The notes: generated by a model not told the origin, from the letters alone. 64,000 bases of DNA from Eledone cirrhosa (GCA_964016885.1 OZ024744.1:78740001-78804000), one strand, 5' to 3'. Numbered from the stretch's first letter, positions 1 through 11,915 are shown. Numbers and translations: made by a program.

Positions 1-52
1 TGCTGCGATGTTTGAAGACGAACTGGCTGAGCATCATCTTTTATATTAATTA

Positions 53-413
53 TCTATATCTATATCTACATATAATATAAAAGGTTGGAACTTCCATCAT
101 CCTTTTGAGAAACGTGGAACAACCACGTCTATGCAATGATACACGTTTTACAGTCAGGCAGAAGATGAACCATCTCCTATAGGTCACTATTCTAGGTGGG
201 AGCACCTAGAATTGTTCATATACTATGCACAAACGGTACAATGAAGAATCTGGTATATCTGGAAGATTTTTTTTTTACTGTATTTTGTATCCCACAGACA
301 CCACGGACTCGCCTCATACTGTAACCAGACAAACATCCAATACAGTCATTTTCTCTTTTACCTGTCTTCTCTTATCATATGTTTACCTGGGCAAAGCTGG
401 GTACGTCAGCTAG
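53..413 (+). mobile_element. Short non-autonomous Helitron-like element
   Basis: 5' A|TCTATATC...; 3' imperfect GC hairpin (cctgggcaaagctggg, 386-401) followed about 8 nt later by CTAG|T at 410-414, matching canonical Helitron termini and an A/T insertion site. Confidence 0.55.
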
Positions 414-734
414 TAATCATAAATTAAGAACTTTGGCTCACCTCCAACACGCGCCTGTCAACAGCCAACGTATTCTGCCATTTTATTTAGCCTTATGTGC
501 CCCCTCCCCCTGAAAATTGTTTTGCCCCTCTTCCTCCCCTGAAACTTGCTTTAAATTCCATAAAATTTGCTTTGCCCCCTATTTCTAAAAGTCATTTGAG
601 ATAAATTAATTTATAAGCATTGTTCAACTTTATAGAGCTTTTTTTCACCATTGATAACATGTGTGTATGTGTGTGTGATCATTTTTAACCTTAAGTCAAT
701 TGAGGGTTTTTATGAGTGTTTTCATCTTTGTCAC

Positions 735-826
735 GCTTGACGTTTTCGGTACTGGGTGGGTGGGTCACGTCCAAAACGTCATTTTGACGTTTTGCATGGC
801 GATTTGAGTATGGACGTCGCCCCTTA
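735..826. mobile_element. Possible DNA-transposon terminus (PIF/Harbinger-like)
   Basis: Minus strand reads TAA GGGGCGACGTCCATAC..., resembling Harbinger GGGGC termini with a TAA target. The partner end was not found. Confidence 0.25.
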
Positions 827-827
827 G

Positions 828-1483
828 CCTAATGTGATAAACACGAGAGGCATAAGAGGAATCAAATGCTGTGTGCAGGAGAGATTACATTGGTATGGAC
901 ATGTGATGTGTATGAAGGATGACAGCTGCATAAAAAGTGCAGAGCGCTGAAAGTCAATGGAGTGGAAGCCTTGGAGTGGGGAGACCCAGGAAGACCTAGG
1001 ATGAGGTAATAAAAGCGGATCTTGCCCAATTGCACCACTCAAAGGTGATGACACATGACAGATCTCTGATGTTATGCAGTAATACAGAAGACCCAACTTC
1101 CCATGGACACAGGCCGAAGCTGAAGCATATATACAGTATGCCCAACCTTACCCTCCCATACACCATCCATGAGGACAGGCCAAAGAAAACGCCTCCAGTG
1201 AAACCTCCAGCCCATGTTGTAAAGTGGTCGTGTAGGTGACACGACAAAAAGCACCCAGCCCACACAGTAAAGTGGACGTGTAGGCATCACAACAAAAGGC
1301 ACCTAGTACTCACTGTAAATGAGGTAGGCATTAAGAAGGGTGTCCAGCTGTAGAAACCAAACCAGAATCAGTTCTGAATAAGCAAAACATGGTCACCTGA
1401 CCCAGCATTGCTCACAACTGGACAATTGGTCTAACCCATGCTAGCATGGAAGAAAAGACATTAAACAGTGATGATGATGATGA
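828..1483 (+). mobile_element. Degenerate 3' fragment of RTE-clade LINE with long 3' UTR
   Basis: Decayed IRGIKCCVQERLHWYGHVM... motif, homologous to 10380-10945. Carries the shared aagggyrtccagctgtagaa 3' motif and a (GAT)n tail. Confidence 0.8.
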
Positions 1484-1914
1484 CACTGAACCTTTTAAAA
1501 GCAAGCAATTCATAGAGTTGCTTGACTAAGACCAAGCTTGTGAACTTAGCAAGATTGTAACTTTTTGTCATTATGAACTGCACTTCACCAAAATATACAA
1601 TTTTCCTACAAGTAATGAAATCAAAGCTGTATTTCTTAGTGAAATGGAGTCCCCTCCAGAAAAACATAAATTGATGCTAATCACCAACTCATTGTTAGAA
1701 TATAGAATAAACACCTCACACACATACACAAAAACTAAAAACAACAACTCCTCATTACTCACAGCTTGTTAAACCATGGAACATATTGCAAATGACCAAT
1801 GTAATATATAAATTTAATTGTAAACATGACAAAGTTGTGAACTTTATGACCAAAATTGCTACATAGGTTATACAAGCATTACACTTGTTCACCTGTTAAC
1901 TATGCACTTAGTGT

Positions 1915-2185
1915 AGGACAGAACAAAAGAGAGACACAAAATAAGAAATCAGTCACTGAGGAGGTCACAGAATGTGACAAAAGAGCTTTGATAATATATA
2001 AACAACTATCCGGTTATTAAACCTACCAACCGAAAATTTATAACAAATTGAAATGAAAACCAACAGGTGAGTGTGTTTTTATTGGCAGCATGACTCTCCC
2101 AAACTATAACAATATCTATTTCAACACACATGTTTTCCGATAAGAAATCTTGTAAAACAAATTAAAAAACGAAGTATTTATATAT
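1915..2185 (+). mobile_element. Penelope-like pLTR fragment
   Basis: Reverse-complement homolog of 3717-3935 and 12910-13160. Contains a hammerhead-like CTGAGGA-GTCACA...TGTGAC core with GAAA mutated to AAAA (1952-1992). Confidence 0.55.
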
Positions 2186-2626
2186 ATAACCAAGAGATGG
2201 CAACATGAATGGACTTGTTATTTTTCTCTACAAACATTTTTTCCGATTCCACCCTGCCCATCCCTTCAATCTTTTTAATTTCTCATTCTTTCTTCTGATA
2301 AAGGACTAGAATGCAGACATTAAGACCCTCTTCTTGCTATTTCAAGCGTTAAACTAATATATTCCTTCCATATACTGTACCGATTGTGTTATTTCTGTTT
2401 ACCTTTTACATACAAGTTTTAACCATATATATCTCCATATATAATTGTATTAATATATATATATATATACATACATATACATATATATATATATATAAAA
2501 AATGTGGGTAATATTAAATATTATCCAATTACAAATATGAGAGTAGCTCAATGTAAAATAACGAATATAATACAGAGCTGAAATACTTTATAAATAACAA
2601 TCAAAGAGTGTTTAAGAACATTTAAT

Positions 2627-2673
2627 TACTAACGATTGTTTCATCGAAGCACAAGGCCAGAATCATCAGAGTA
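2627..2673 (-). ncRNA. Minimal type I hammerhead ribozyme (weak stem II), PLE-associated
   Basis: Minus strand: UACU-CUGAUGA-(degenerate stem II)-GAAA-C[AAUC]G-UU-AGUA. Stem I UACU/AGUA is perfect. Confidence 0.5.
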
Positions 2674-2916
2674 TAAATCAAAAGTTAAAATACAGATAAA
2701 CAAGTCAAAGAACATTCTGGGGATGCCACATATGGGGAGAGAGCAAAAATAATAGATATTAACATTGACATAAGAGAGGAAAGCAAGAAGCATATGAAAA
2801 GCATGGTCATATAAATGTAATTAAGAATCAGCAACTAGAAGCATTAAAAAACTTAAAAACAAGCTGGTGTAAAGAAAAATGCTGCTATAAGGAATTTAAG
2901 CATAATACAAGGCATA

Positions 2917-3570
2917 TCATCATCATCATCCTCCTTTTACGTCCGCTTTTCCCTGCTTGCAAGGGTGGGACGGGTCTTATTCAGCACAGCATCTCTCCAC
3001 TTGTCACGGTCCTTCGTCATCTCCACCGTGAGCTTCAGCGATCTGAGGTCTGTTCTCACCACCTCCGCCCATGTTTTTCGTGGTCTACCTCTACTACTGG
3101 CATTTCCTGGCACTTCTTCACTCATCGGTCATCCTCCATGCGCATCACATGTCTATACCACCGCAGTCTCCTCTCTCGCACACTACATTCTATCCCTTTC
3201 AGACACAGTTTCTCTCTCAACACATCCATGCTTGGCCGTTCACGCACATTGACATTGCACATCCAACGGAGCATGCTTGCCTCATTTCTCTCCAGCCGTC
3301 GCATATCCTGTGCAGTTGCTGCCCATGTCTCACTATCATGCAACAATGTGCTCCTCACACAAGCATCATATAACCGGCCTTTCGTGCGCAGGGAGAAACC
3401 CTTCTTCGTTAGCAGAGGAAGCAGCTCCCTAAACTTCTTCCAACCCGTCCTTATTCTAGATACGATGGCCTCGGAACACCCCCTCCCATGCTAACCTGAT
3501 CTAGGTACCGGAAGCTATCAACCACTTCTATAGCACCCGCCTGCATTTGAAAAATGTGTCTATCAATGCA
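2917..3570 (-). mobile_element. RTE-clade LINE 3' fragment (end of RT and C-terminal region)
   Basis: GWKKFRELLPLL...KGRLYDACVRSTLLHDSETWA...RRLERNEASMLRWMC...RRLRWY...GRPRKTW; (GAT)n tail near 2917-2931; frameshifts present. Confidence 0.88.
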
Positions 3571-3716
3571 ACTTCTACTGTCATATAATAATAAATTTAA
3601 ATACAACATAAGCATTACAAAAGTCTATAAAAGATGGTGCATGGATCAAATATAAATCATCATCATCATCATCATTTTACGTCCGCTCTTCCCTGCTTGC
3701 AAGATATATATATATA

Positions 3717-4590
3717 CTTCGTTTTTGAATTTGTTTTGCAAGATATTGTTATACTTTGGGAAAGTCATGCTACCAATAAAAACACACTTATTGGTTTTCA
3801 CTTCAATTTATTATAACTTTCTGCTTAGTTCAATAACCGGATTGTTGTTTATATACTATCAAAGCTCTTTCATCACACATTCTGTGACATCCTCAGTGAC
3901 TGAATTTTTATTTTCTCTCTCCCCTTTGTTCTGTCCTACATTATCTTGTTTTTGAGTGTTTTGTGCAGTGTGCTTGGTTTGCACATACGTTACATCTGTG
4001 TGTGTTTTTATATATTTATTTGTATTTATTTACTTGTCACTAGTTGGCTGTATGTTCTATCTGTGTATATCTGGTTTCTTTTATGAGTTTTTTGTTTGGT
4101 TTTGTTTTTGTGTGCCTCTATGTCTTCATTTTGTCCTTAATTACTAATTGTGATGTTGCTATTTTACACACTTTCAATTTTGGTTGGAGTTCGTTTATGT
4201 TTGTCGCCTCTGTAATTTGTCTGAGTATTGCATCTTTTCTGTGTGTTGATATAATTTTGATCCCTATGTTCACTAATGAGCCCCTATGTTCTATTTTGGC
4301 ATGTTGGTGGAGTACTGATGAGTTTTTCCCATCTTGAAGTTCTCGCCAGTATTCACTTATCCTTTCTCCTATACTATGGGCTGCATCTCCTGTGTATGTT
4401 GTGTTCTTATTCCTACACTGTCCCCAGTACATCTTATGCTTTATACTACATTCCTAGTTTTGCAGTTAGTTTGCAGGCTTAGCTTGCAAACTATGCATTT
4501 CCTATCAGTGCAGGGCGTTCTTTGAAATGGATATGTTTTACTAATTAGTGTTTTTATGGGAATACCTGGTCTTTCAACTATCTTAATTTT
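3717..4590 (-). mobile_element. Penelope-like retroelement relic (GIY-YIG endonuclease plus 3' pLTR)
   Basis: Minus frames give C..C...NCKTRNVV*SIRC / CRNKNTTYTGDAAHSIGERISEY...SVLHQH...RQITEATNINELQPKL, a decayed GIY-YIG domain. Downstream lies a dispersed repeat with a CUGAGGA/GAAA hammerhead-like core at 3858-3900. Confidence 0.7.
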
Positions 4591-4780
4591 AATATATATA
4601 TATATATGTATATATATATTTGTTTTGCAAGGTTGAGAAACATTGATAGCCAGATAAATTAACTATGGAGATATGAAAGATACAGAAGCGAAAACCAACC
4701 CAAACCAAACTGTGTTTTATTATTATTTCTGGCAATATTATAACAATATGACCCTCCCCAAATATAACAATATATATATA

Positions 4781-5293
4781 TATGAAAATTAGAGTTAAAA
4801 CTCAATTGGAACCCTGTAACTATTAAGCTCCAAGTATAAATATAAATATAAATACTGAGCCGATTAATAATATATAGTAAGAAACACAGTAAACCGTGTG
4901 TCTAAAATTACAAGGGTTGAAAAACCACATTTGTTTGAAATATTTAACCAAGAAGCAGACAGAATGATAAAATATACAAACCGGCTCAATAACCATTATT
5001 TCTCTCGGACAGATTATCCCTAATCTGTTTCGCCCTGAGTGTGTTTGTAACAGATAATCCTGGGCTTCATCAGCGAGAGAATCTGATTAAATGCCACAAA
5101 CACTATTTGCCAACGTTCACACAGAAAGATGAATTTATCACCTCGTGCTCCGCCAGTCAAACGTGGTAAGCGTGTATTGAATAGAAACAACAGTCCAACA
5201 CACACAACTTAATAAGCTCAACTTGTGAGGGAGCAGAAATATATATGAAAATTAGAGTTAAAACTCAATTGGAACCCTGTAACTATTAAGCTC
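4781..5293 (-). mobile_element. 463-bp ribozyme-containing unit with about 50-bp terminal direct repeat (retrozyme/PLE pLTR-like)
   Basis: Identical gaaaattagagttaaaactcaattggaaccctgtaactattaagctc at 4784-4830 and 5247-5293; flanked by (TA)n; internal hammerhead. Confidence 0.65.
5000..5081 (-). ncRNA. Full type I hammerhead ribozyme
   Basis: Minus strand: UUCUCUCG-CUGAUGA-A-GCCC[26 nt]GGGC-GAAA-CAGAUUA[GGGA]UAAUCUG-UC^CGAGAGAA. All three stems pair perfectly; GUC cleavage is predicted between 5008 and 5007. Confidence 0.9.
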
Positions 5294-5308
5294 ATATATA
5301 TATATATA

Positions 5309-5936
5309 CTGTTAGTGACTCTTTTGCTCTTTCCCACATCCTGGATTCTGCGGTTAGGACGAGAGCCACAGCTTCTGCAGCCGAGCGGAGTAAGACCCTC
5401 AAATACTCTGATCTGTCGGCCAGCTACATTTTTCAGCCTGTGGCTTTCGAGACGTTTGGGGGAGTCAGGCCGCTGACTGCGAGGTTCCTTTCCTCACTGG
5501 CGGCTCGCCTAATAGAGGTGACGGTCGAATCTCGCGAGGGTGCTTGGCTGTTTCAGCGCATCTGCCTCGCCATCACCCGAGGCAAAGCTGCGAGTGTGCT
5601 GGCTTGTCTCAAAAATCATTAGAGAGGTTGCCCAGTACTCCTCGCGACGTTGCTGTCTTTTGCTCTGGTGTTGGCTCCGTTATTCACCCCTTCCTTTACA
5701 TTTTCTTTAATATTGTAGCATTGAAGGAATATATCTTTCATTGTATCATCCTTTGTAGTGTTACCGAGACATTTGTAATGTTATTTATGTATATATTTAA
5801 AACATATTTGTTATGTTATTCTACTGTAAATTTATTTATATGCTCTGTTTATATTTTCATTCTGAAGGAATTTGTAATGTTGTTTGTAATGTTGTTTGTG
5901 CAACTATGAAGGATATATTTATGAAATAAAGTATTA
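5309..5936 (+). mobile_element. 5'-truncated CRE-like LINE with restriction-like endonuclease C-terminus
   Basis: VSDSFALSHIL...AAERSKTLKYSDLSASYIFQPVAFETFGG...WLFQRICLAITRGKAASVLA*, then a T-rich 3' UTR with AATAAA near 5925; inserted in (TA)n. Confidence 0.75.
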
Positions 5937-6599
5937 GATATATATATATATATATAAGACAAGTTACTACAACGGTTCCGTGTAGTAACTGGCCTTTGCC
6001 TTTCATCCTTACGGGGTCGATAACATAAAGTACCAGTAATGTTGGGTAATTGCTGGCCTTGTGCCAAAAGTAGAAACAATTATATGAAAACTCGTTCACT
6101 ACTCAAGTTGCTCACTACCTTGGATACCTCTACCGAGTTATTACCAATATATATATATGTGTGTTTGCGTGTAGACATAACTTAGATATATAAACACACC
6201 AAATATCTTCGGACGTAAACGTACACACGCACGCCAGACAGCTGGTGAACACTGATCACAGCAACTATCATCAACTTTATGTATGGAAGGACATCAAAGA
6301 TGTAATCAAGAATATAAAAACTTTCGCTATTGAACATAATCATTCAATATAGTATAGTACAAATGGAAAGGAAAAACCAAAGGGCTGTTATACCATTGTG
6401 GATTTTCTTTGTGTCATTAAAATTGTTGTTTACATAATGAACTGCCTTTGCACTCACTAAGAGGTCCGGATTTCCCCCTATCCCCAAAATAGTAGAGTCT
6501 GGATTGATTCACAAACCCACTTTTATTTTGTTGTCTAATCGCTCAAGAAGTCAACTTGTAGAGTACAACGAAAACGTTTAATTATAATTCTTATAGAAT

Positions 6600-7062
6600 G
6601 AAAATACACACACAAATAATATATATACAATACTTAATTACATAAATATTTCACATAAAAATTTAAAATCAAAACGAAATAAAATATTAATATTAAACAC
6701 CAAGTAATGTGTGTCATTCGGTCGCACACCACTGGCAGCATTACGACAGCTGATGGCGCCGAAAAAACCAAGCACCTTCACGGACATCACCGGATACCTC
6801 GCTAATGCTGGGCGATAGCAAGACTAAGGGCTGGAACAACCAAGCACACTCACAGGCATCACCAGATACCTTGGTAAGGTGAGCCATCAGCAACGACAAG
6901 AATTTCGTTGTCAGCTTCCCCAAACGTCCCGAACGCTACAGGCTGGGAAAATAGTTTGCCGATAATTAGCAGTATTTTAGAATTTCATTCCGTTTAGCTA
7001 CGGAAGCAGTGATCCAAAATTCACAGCAGCATCCAGGGCGTGCGAAAGAGCAAAATAGTCAC
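6600..7062 (-). mobile_element. Older degenerate CRE-like LINE 3' fragment
   Basis: SDYFALSHALDAAV...ILKYC...AFGTFGKLTTKFLSLL...AWLFQ, homologous to 5309-5620, with stops, frameshifts and an internal duplication. Confidence 0.65.
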
Positions 7063-7242
7063 TGGTTTTTGGCGTCCTAAATGAGACATCTGATCGAAAA
7101 TAAACACTGAAGAATACATATACATAGATATACAAATTCACACTCATATTAAAATAAATATAAGTATCAACATTAGTATATACAAATATGGTTAGAATGC
7201 CGAAAGAAAAAAAAAGGGACAAATTTTACGGACAAAGCCAAC

Positions 7243-7601
7243 CGATTGGAGAGACCCAGAGGTATTGGATAATATCCATAATAAACTCGGTTCGTCTCCC
7301 TTTGGGATCCAGACAGATCATTTGGTGGCGGATGCTTCCTATAGAACCTTCTCAAATGCGTGCCTGATGAATCTCCTCTTACGACCCTATCAGGAATAAG
7401 TGGGCAAAGAAAGAAAAAAAATGTTTAGTGATAAAATATTTACCTGTCTATTTTTCCTTCAAACATATTTACAGCCTTATATGTCATATAAGTTAGAATG
7501 GACTGGGTATATAAAATAGTAGAGACTGGAAGACAACAAGGGTATCGATTGGCAAGCACCGTCCTTTTAGAAGTACCTCTAAGAAATCCTTTTATAAATA
7601 T
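7243..7601 (-). CDS. Candidate spliced exons of an unidentified host gene (7601-7444 and 7386-7243)
   Basis: tttcag| acceptor, CAG|gtaaat donor, 57-nt intron with a polypyrimidine tract and tag| acceptor. Frame is continuous: ...MTYKAVNMFEGKIDR/VVRGDSSGTHLRRFYRKHPPPNDLSGSQRETNRVYYGYYPIPLGLSNR. No family recognised. Confidence 0.4.
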
Positions 7602-8291
7602 CTGAAATATGTACAAACACACAATTATATAAACACATATCTATTTAAATATATATATATAACAAAATAATTATTTTACAAAAAGTAAATCTATAACAAA
7701 AACAGGCTTGTCCAGAAAAAAAATTGCGTCATCAGTGATCCAGTTTACGTAAAAGGAAAACACCGAACAAATAAATATTTTCTTTTGATATTGGGAAATT
7801 AATTTACAAACAAAAATAAGTATACAGTCTATCGTTTGACAAGTTTAGGATTGGCTGATTATTATGTTTGTCATTAAAGGGCTGATGGAGGTGTCGAAAA
7901 TATTTAGAACACCAGCATTTAGTTTGGTAACTTTTAGGTTACTAGTTCCCACCAACCGGCAATCAACTTTGTATTTTTATCTCGCCTAGGGGAAGCGACA
8001 TGTTGAGGGATAATCTAAATTCCAGTAATCTATTATTTCCCCATAGAAAAGGACATAATCGAAATCATGAAATAAAAGCATCATTACCATTTGGTCAGAT
8101 TGTGATTGTAAATGATATAATTGACCTCCAGATAACACATACTTTTATATTACGAACGTAACAGTATTTGTAGGGCCCCCACCCACCCACCATTAACTGA
8201 CATATATATAGAAAGATGGATAAAACACTGTATATATGTATGAGTGTGTGTGTGTATACACACATATAATAGTAGATTATTCCACTTTCAT

Positions 8292-8325
<34 letters not shown>

Positions 8326-8370
8326 AATATATATAAACGGAAAAAATGAAACGAAATTTCATTTCCCACT

Positions 8371-8414
<44 letters not shown>

Positions 8415-8421
<7 letters not shown>

Positions 8422-8670
8422 CTTCAAAATATTAATAAATATAGACATTCATGTGATCAAATATATTTTATTATACATATTTCAGTTAGAACGTACCTCT
8501 GAAATATGTATAATAAAATATATTTGATCACATGAATGTCTATATTTATTAATATTTTGAAGTAATATTAATAACTCCAGAAAACCTCTTTGTTGAGTGC
8601 TTCTAATCTATTGTAAAACTTTATTCATTGATTAATCAATGAATGAACCTTGTTAAACTTTTGGTTATAT
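8415..8670. mobile_element. Palindromic PLE pLTR remnant (about 70-bp inverted arms)
   Basis: 8415-8485 is the reverse complement of 8499-8567. Same family as 13330-13764, but the ribozyme centre is deleted. Confidence 0.65.
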
Positions 8671-8732
8671 ATATATATGAAAGTGGAATAATCTACTATT
8701 ATATGTGTGTATACACACACATAGACACACTC

Positions 8733-8765
<33 letters not shown>

Positions 8766-9034
8766 CGAGAGAGAGAGAGAGAGATCATGCAAAAAAAAAA
8801 AAAAAAATTAAAGAAACGTTATCGAACCTGATCTAAGCGAAAGTGGCGTAACTTAATGAAATGTAGTCTAATTTATAGGGGAAATGAATATACAGAAACT
8901 TGTTCTAGATAGCAGCGCATCTATTTATATCAGAAAGTGGATTTCCCAGATATTTACACATATATATACGCTCTATAATAAATCCACACCTACGTCATTA
9001 ATTCCACTACACTTTCTGGGTCATTTGTCAATTA

Positions 9035-9890
9035 TTTAACTTTGCCTTTCATCCTTACGGGGTCGATAAAATAAAGTACCAGTAATGCACTGGGTAATTG
9101 CTGGCCTTGTGCCTAACGTAGAAACAATTATTATTACTATAATATAATAAGGGCGGTGGATTGGCAGTATCGGTAGAGGGTCAGATGCCATTCTTTGCAA
9201 CATAGAGTTTTGCCTCTTTACGGTCTGAGTTCAAATCCCGCCGAGGTTAACTTTGCCTTTCATCTTTACGGGGTCGAAAAAATAAAGTACCAGTAATGCT
9301 CTGGAGTAATTGCTGGCCTTGTGCCAAAAATAGAAACAATTATTATTACTATAATTGACATATTAAGTACCACAAATGACTATAAAATTCACCAGTCAAT
9401 AATAATGGTTTCCGATTTAGACACAAGGCCGACAGGTTTTTTTTTTTGGGGGGGGGGGGGGTCGATAAATTAAGCACCAGTAATGTACTGGGGTTGATTT
9501 AATCGACTTTCCCATCCCCACTTGTGCCTAAATCAGAAACTATTATCATTGACTCGTGAATTGTATAAAGTCATCTGTGCTACTTAATACGTCAATTGGA
9601 GTGTTTAACCCATATAACAAGGAGAGACGGATGTAAGAATATAATTATTAAAACTAAACCCCATTATTATTACAATTATTATTATTAACTTTTCCGGTGG
9701 ATTGGCAGTGTTGGTAGAGGGTCAGACGCCATGCTTTGCAGCATAGAGTTACGGCCCTTTATGGTCTGAGTTCAAATCCCACCGAGGTTAACTTTGCCTT
9801 TCATCCTTACGGGGTCGATAAAATAAAGTACCAGTAATACACTGGGATAATTGCTGGCCTTGTGCCAAAACTAGAATCAATTATTATTAA
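9035..9890 (+). mobile_element. Cluster of tRNA-derived SINEs with Nin/Deu-type core
   Basis: Full copies at about 9148-9345 and 9695-9888 with A box (TGGCAGTATCGG), B box (GAGTTCAAATCC), core aactttgcctttcatcc...ggggtcgataaaataaagtaccag and (ATT)n tails. Partial copies at 9035-9135 and 9460-9550. Confidence 0.8.
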
Positions 9891-9894
9891 CTTT

Positions 9895-10943
9895 TCCAAG
9901 TACCACTTGAAAAAGGATGAGGAAATTGGAAAAAGATATGGTGTCATCAAATAAATATGCTGAAAGTGTGCGTAAAAGGGATAAGCATGGTCTGTATGAA
10001 TGGGCCTACTCTCAATATGTGTCTGCAGTTTGTGTGCAGGATTTGGGAGTCTGACATGTTACAAAAAAAAGGGTGACTGATAGATGAGGGAGTAACAAAG
10101 AGGCGGGTGTTCAGAAAGTACAATAACTAGGGTAAGAACGGGATGGAAGAAGTTCAGAGAGCTACTACCACTGCTAGGTGCAAAAGGCTTTTCCCTCAAA
10201 ATGAAAGGCAGACTGTATGATGCGTGTATCCGAACAGCGTTGTTGCATGGTAGTGAGACCTGGGCGCTGAAGGTGGAAGATTTACGTAGATTAGAGAGAA
10301 ACGAAGCCTGCATGCTCCGATGGATATGTAATAGTAATATACGTGAACGACAAAGCATAAATGAATAGAGAGAGAGCCTGAGCATAAGAGGAATCAAATG
10401 CTGTGTGCAGGAGAGGCAGTTGCGTTGGTATGGACATGTGATGCGTATGAAGGATGACAGCTGCATAAAAAGGTGCAGAGCACTAGAAGTCGATGGAAAC
10501 CGCGGAGTGGGGAGACCCAAGATGACCTGGGATGAGGTGATAAAAGCCGACCTTACCCAATTACACCTCTCAAAGGCAATGACACACGACCGTGACCTCT
10601 GGCGTCACGCAGTAATACAAAGTACCCGACCTCCCATGGGTACAAGCTGAAGCATATAGACAATATGCCCCCACACCCCCCACCGCAAGGTGGTCGTGGA
10701 GGTGCCACGGCAAAAAAGCATCCAGCCCACACTGTAAAGTGGACATGTAGGCGCCACAAAAAAGCACCCAGCACTCACTGTAAATGAGGTTGGTGTTAGG
10801 AAGGGCATCCAGCTGTAGAAATCAAGCCAAATCAGTTCCTGTATGAGCAAGGCATGGTCAGCCGACCAGACACTGCCCACAACAGGACAACTCGTCTAAC
10901 CCATGCTAGCGTGGAAGAACGGACGTAAAACGGTGATGATGAT
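9895..10943 (+). mobile_element. RTE-clade LINE 3' portion
   Basis: RTGWKKFRELLPLL...KGRLYDACIRTALLHGSETWA...QERQLRWYGHVMRM...GRPKMTWDEVI; 3' UTR and (GAT)n tail; one in-frame stop. Confidence 0.9.
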
Positions 10944-10960
10944 ATATATATATATATACG

Positions 10961-11369
10961 ATATTAACAAATGGAAACTATATTTATAAAACCATATTTA
11001 TTTCATTATACATATTTCAAGGACACCAAGTTAAATTATGGTGTGCTTTCATCAGATAAAATATAATATAGAGCAGATTTATAAATAAATATTGACATAC
11101 CCTTAAAAAATGCAACCATTACTATTGGAAGCTCCCGGATAGTCAATATTTATTTATAAAACTGCTCTATATTATATTTTATCTGATGAAAGCACACCAT
11201 AATTTAACTTGGTGTCCTTGAAATATGAATAATGAAATAAATATGGTTTTATAAATATAGTTTCCATTTGTTAATATATTGTATTTTTACTCCAATTATT
11301 TGTTGAGTGCTTTATATCAGTTATAAAAATATTTGCTTGTTGTATCCCAACAATTTAAATAGAACTTTT

Positions 11370-11370
<1 letters not shown>
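10961..11370. mobile_element. Head-to-head PLE pLTR palindrome with a hammerhead in each arm
   Basis: Arms 10961-11095 and 11142-11276. Each reads AUUUUAU-CUGAUGA-AAGCACACCA...UGGUGUCCUU-GAAA-U[AUGU or AUGA]A-UA^AUGAAAU. Confidence 0.75.
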
Positions 11371-11434
<64 letters not shown>

Positions 11435-11472
11435 ATATATATAAATGGAAACTATATTTATAAAACCATAAT

Positions 11473-11536
11473 TATTTTATGATATATATTTCAAGGGCAA
11501 TCAAGGCAGTTTTGGTGCGCTTTCATCAGATAAAAT
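11473..11536 (-). ncRNA. Minimal type I hammerhead ribozyme
   Basis: AUUUUAU-CUGAUGA-AAGCGCA...UGCCCUU-GAAA-U[AUAU]A-UC^AUAAAAU; sibling of the 10961 family. Confidence 0.65.
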
Positions 11537-11734
11537 ACAAAATTTGTTTTATAAATGTTGACATACCCTTAGAAAAACAACCTTGACGGTTGAAGGTTCG
11601 CTGTATAGTCAGTAATGTGGTTGGTCATAGGAAGGGCATCCAGCTGTAGAAATCTAGCCAGAAATAGTTCTATATGAGTAAGACATGGTCACCTAACTCA
11701 ACTTTGCTCTAATGGGACAACCTGTCTAACCCTA

Positions 11735-11915
11735 GCTCAGTTTAAATGAGATAATATGTATTATCTCATTTAAACCGAGCTGATGATCCGTCTGAGGTGA
11801 AACAAATTGTTCTTGGAAATGGTGAATTAACTGTTGTAGAACTATTTCTACCAAACTTGTCCCATGGACTGAGTGCTCTACTACTGTGGATATAACCCAC
11901 TAGTGTTCTACCAAT
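11735..11915 (+). mobile_element. PLE-type fragment: hairpin junction followed by a degenerate hammerhead
   Basis: Hairpin agctcagtttaaatgagataata-tg-tattatctcatttaaaccgagct, then CCGAG-CUGAUGA-UCC..GGU-GAAA-C[AAAUU]G-UU-CUUGG (11775-11816). Confidence 0.45.

Noticed and set aside
3858-3900. Active hammerhead in the GIY-YIG Penelope pLTR
   Set aside because: The core and stem II are present, but the stem III and cleavage-site geometry is non-canonical in all four copies, so it is not called functional.
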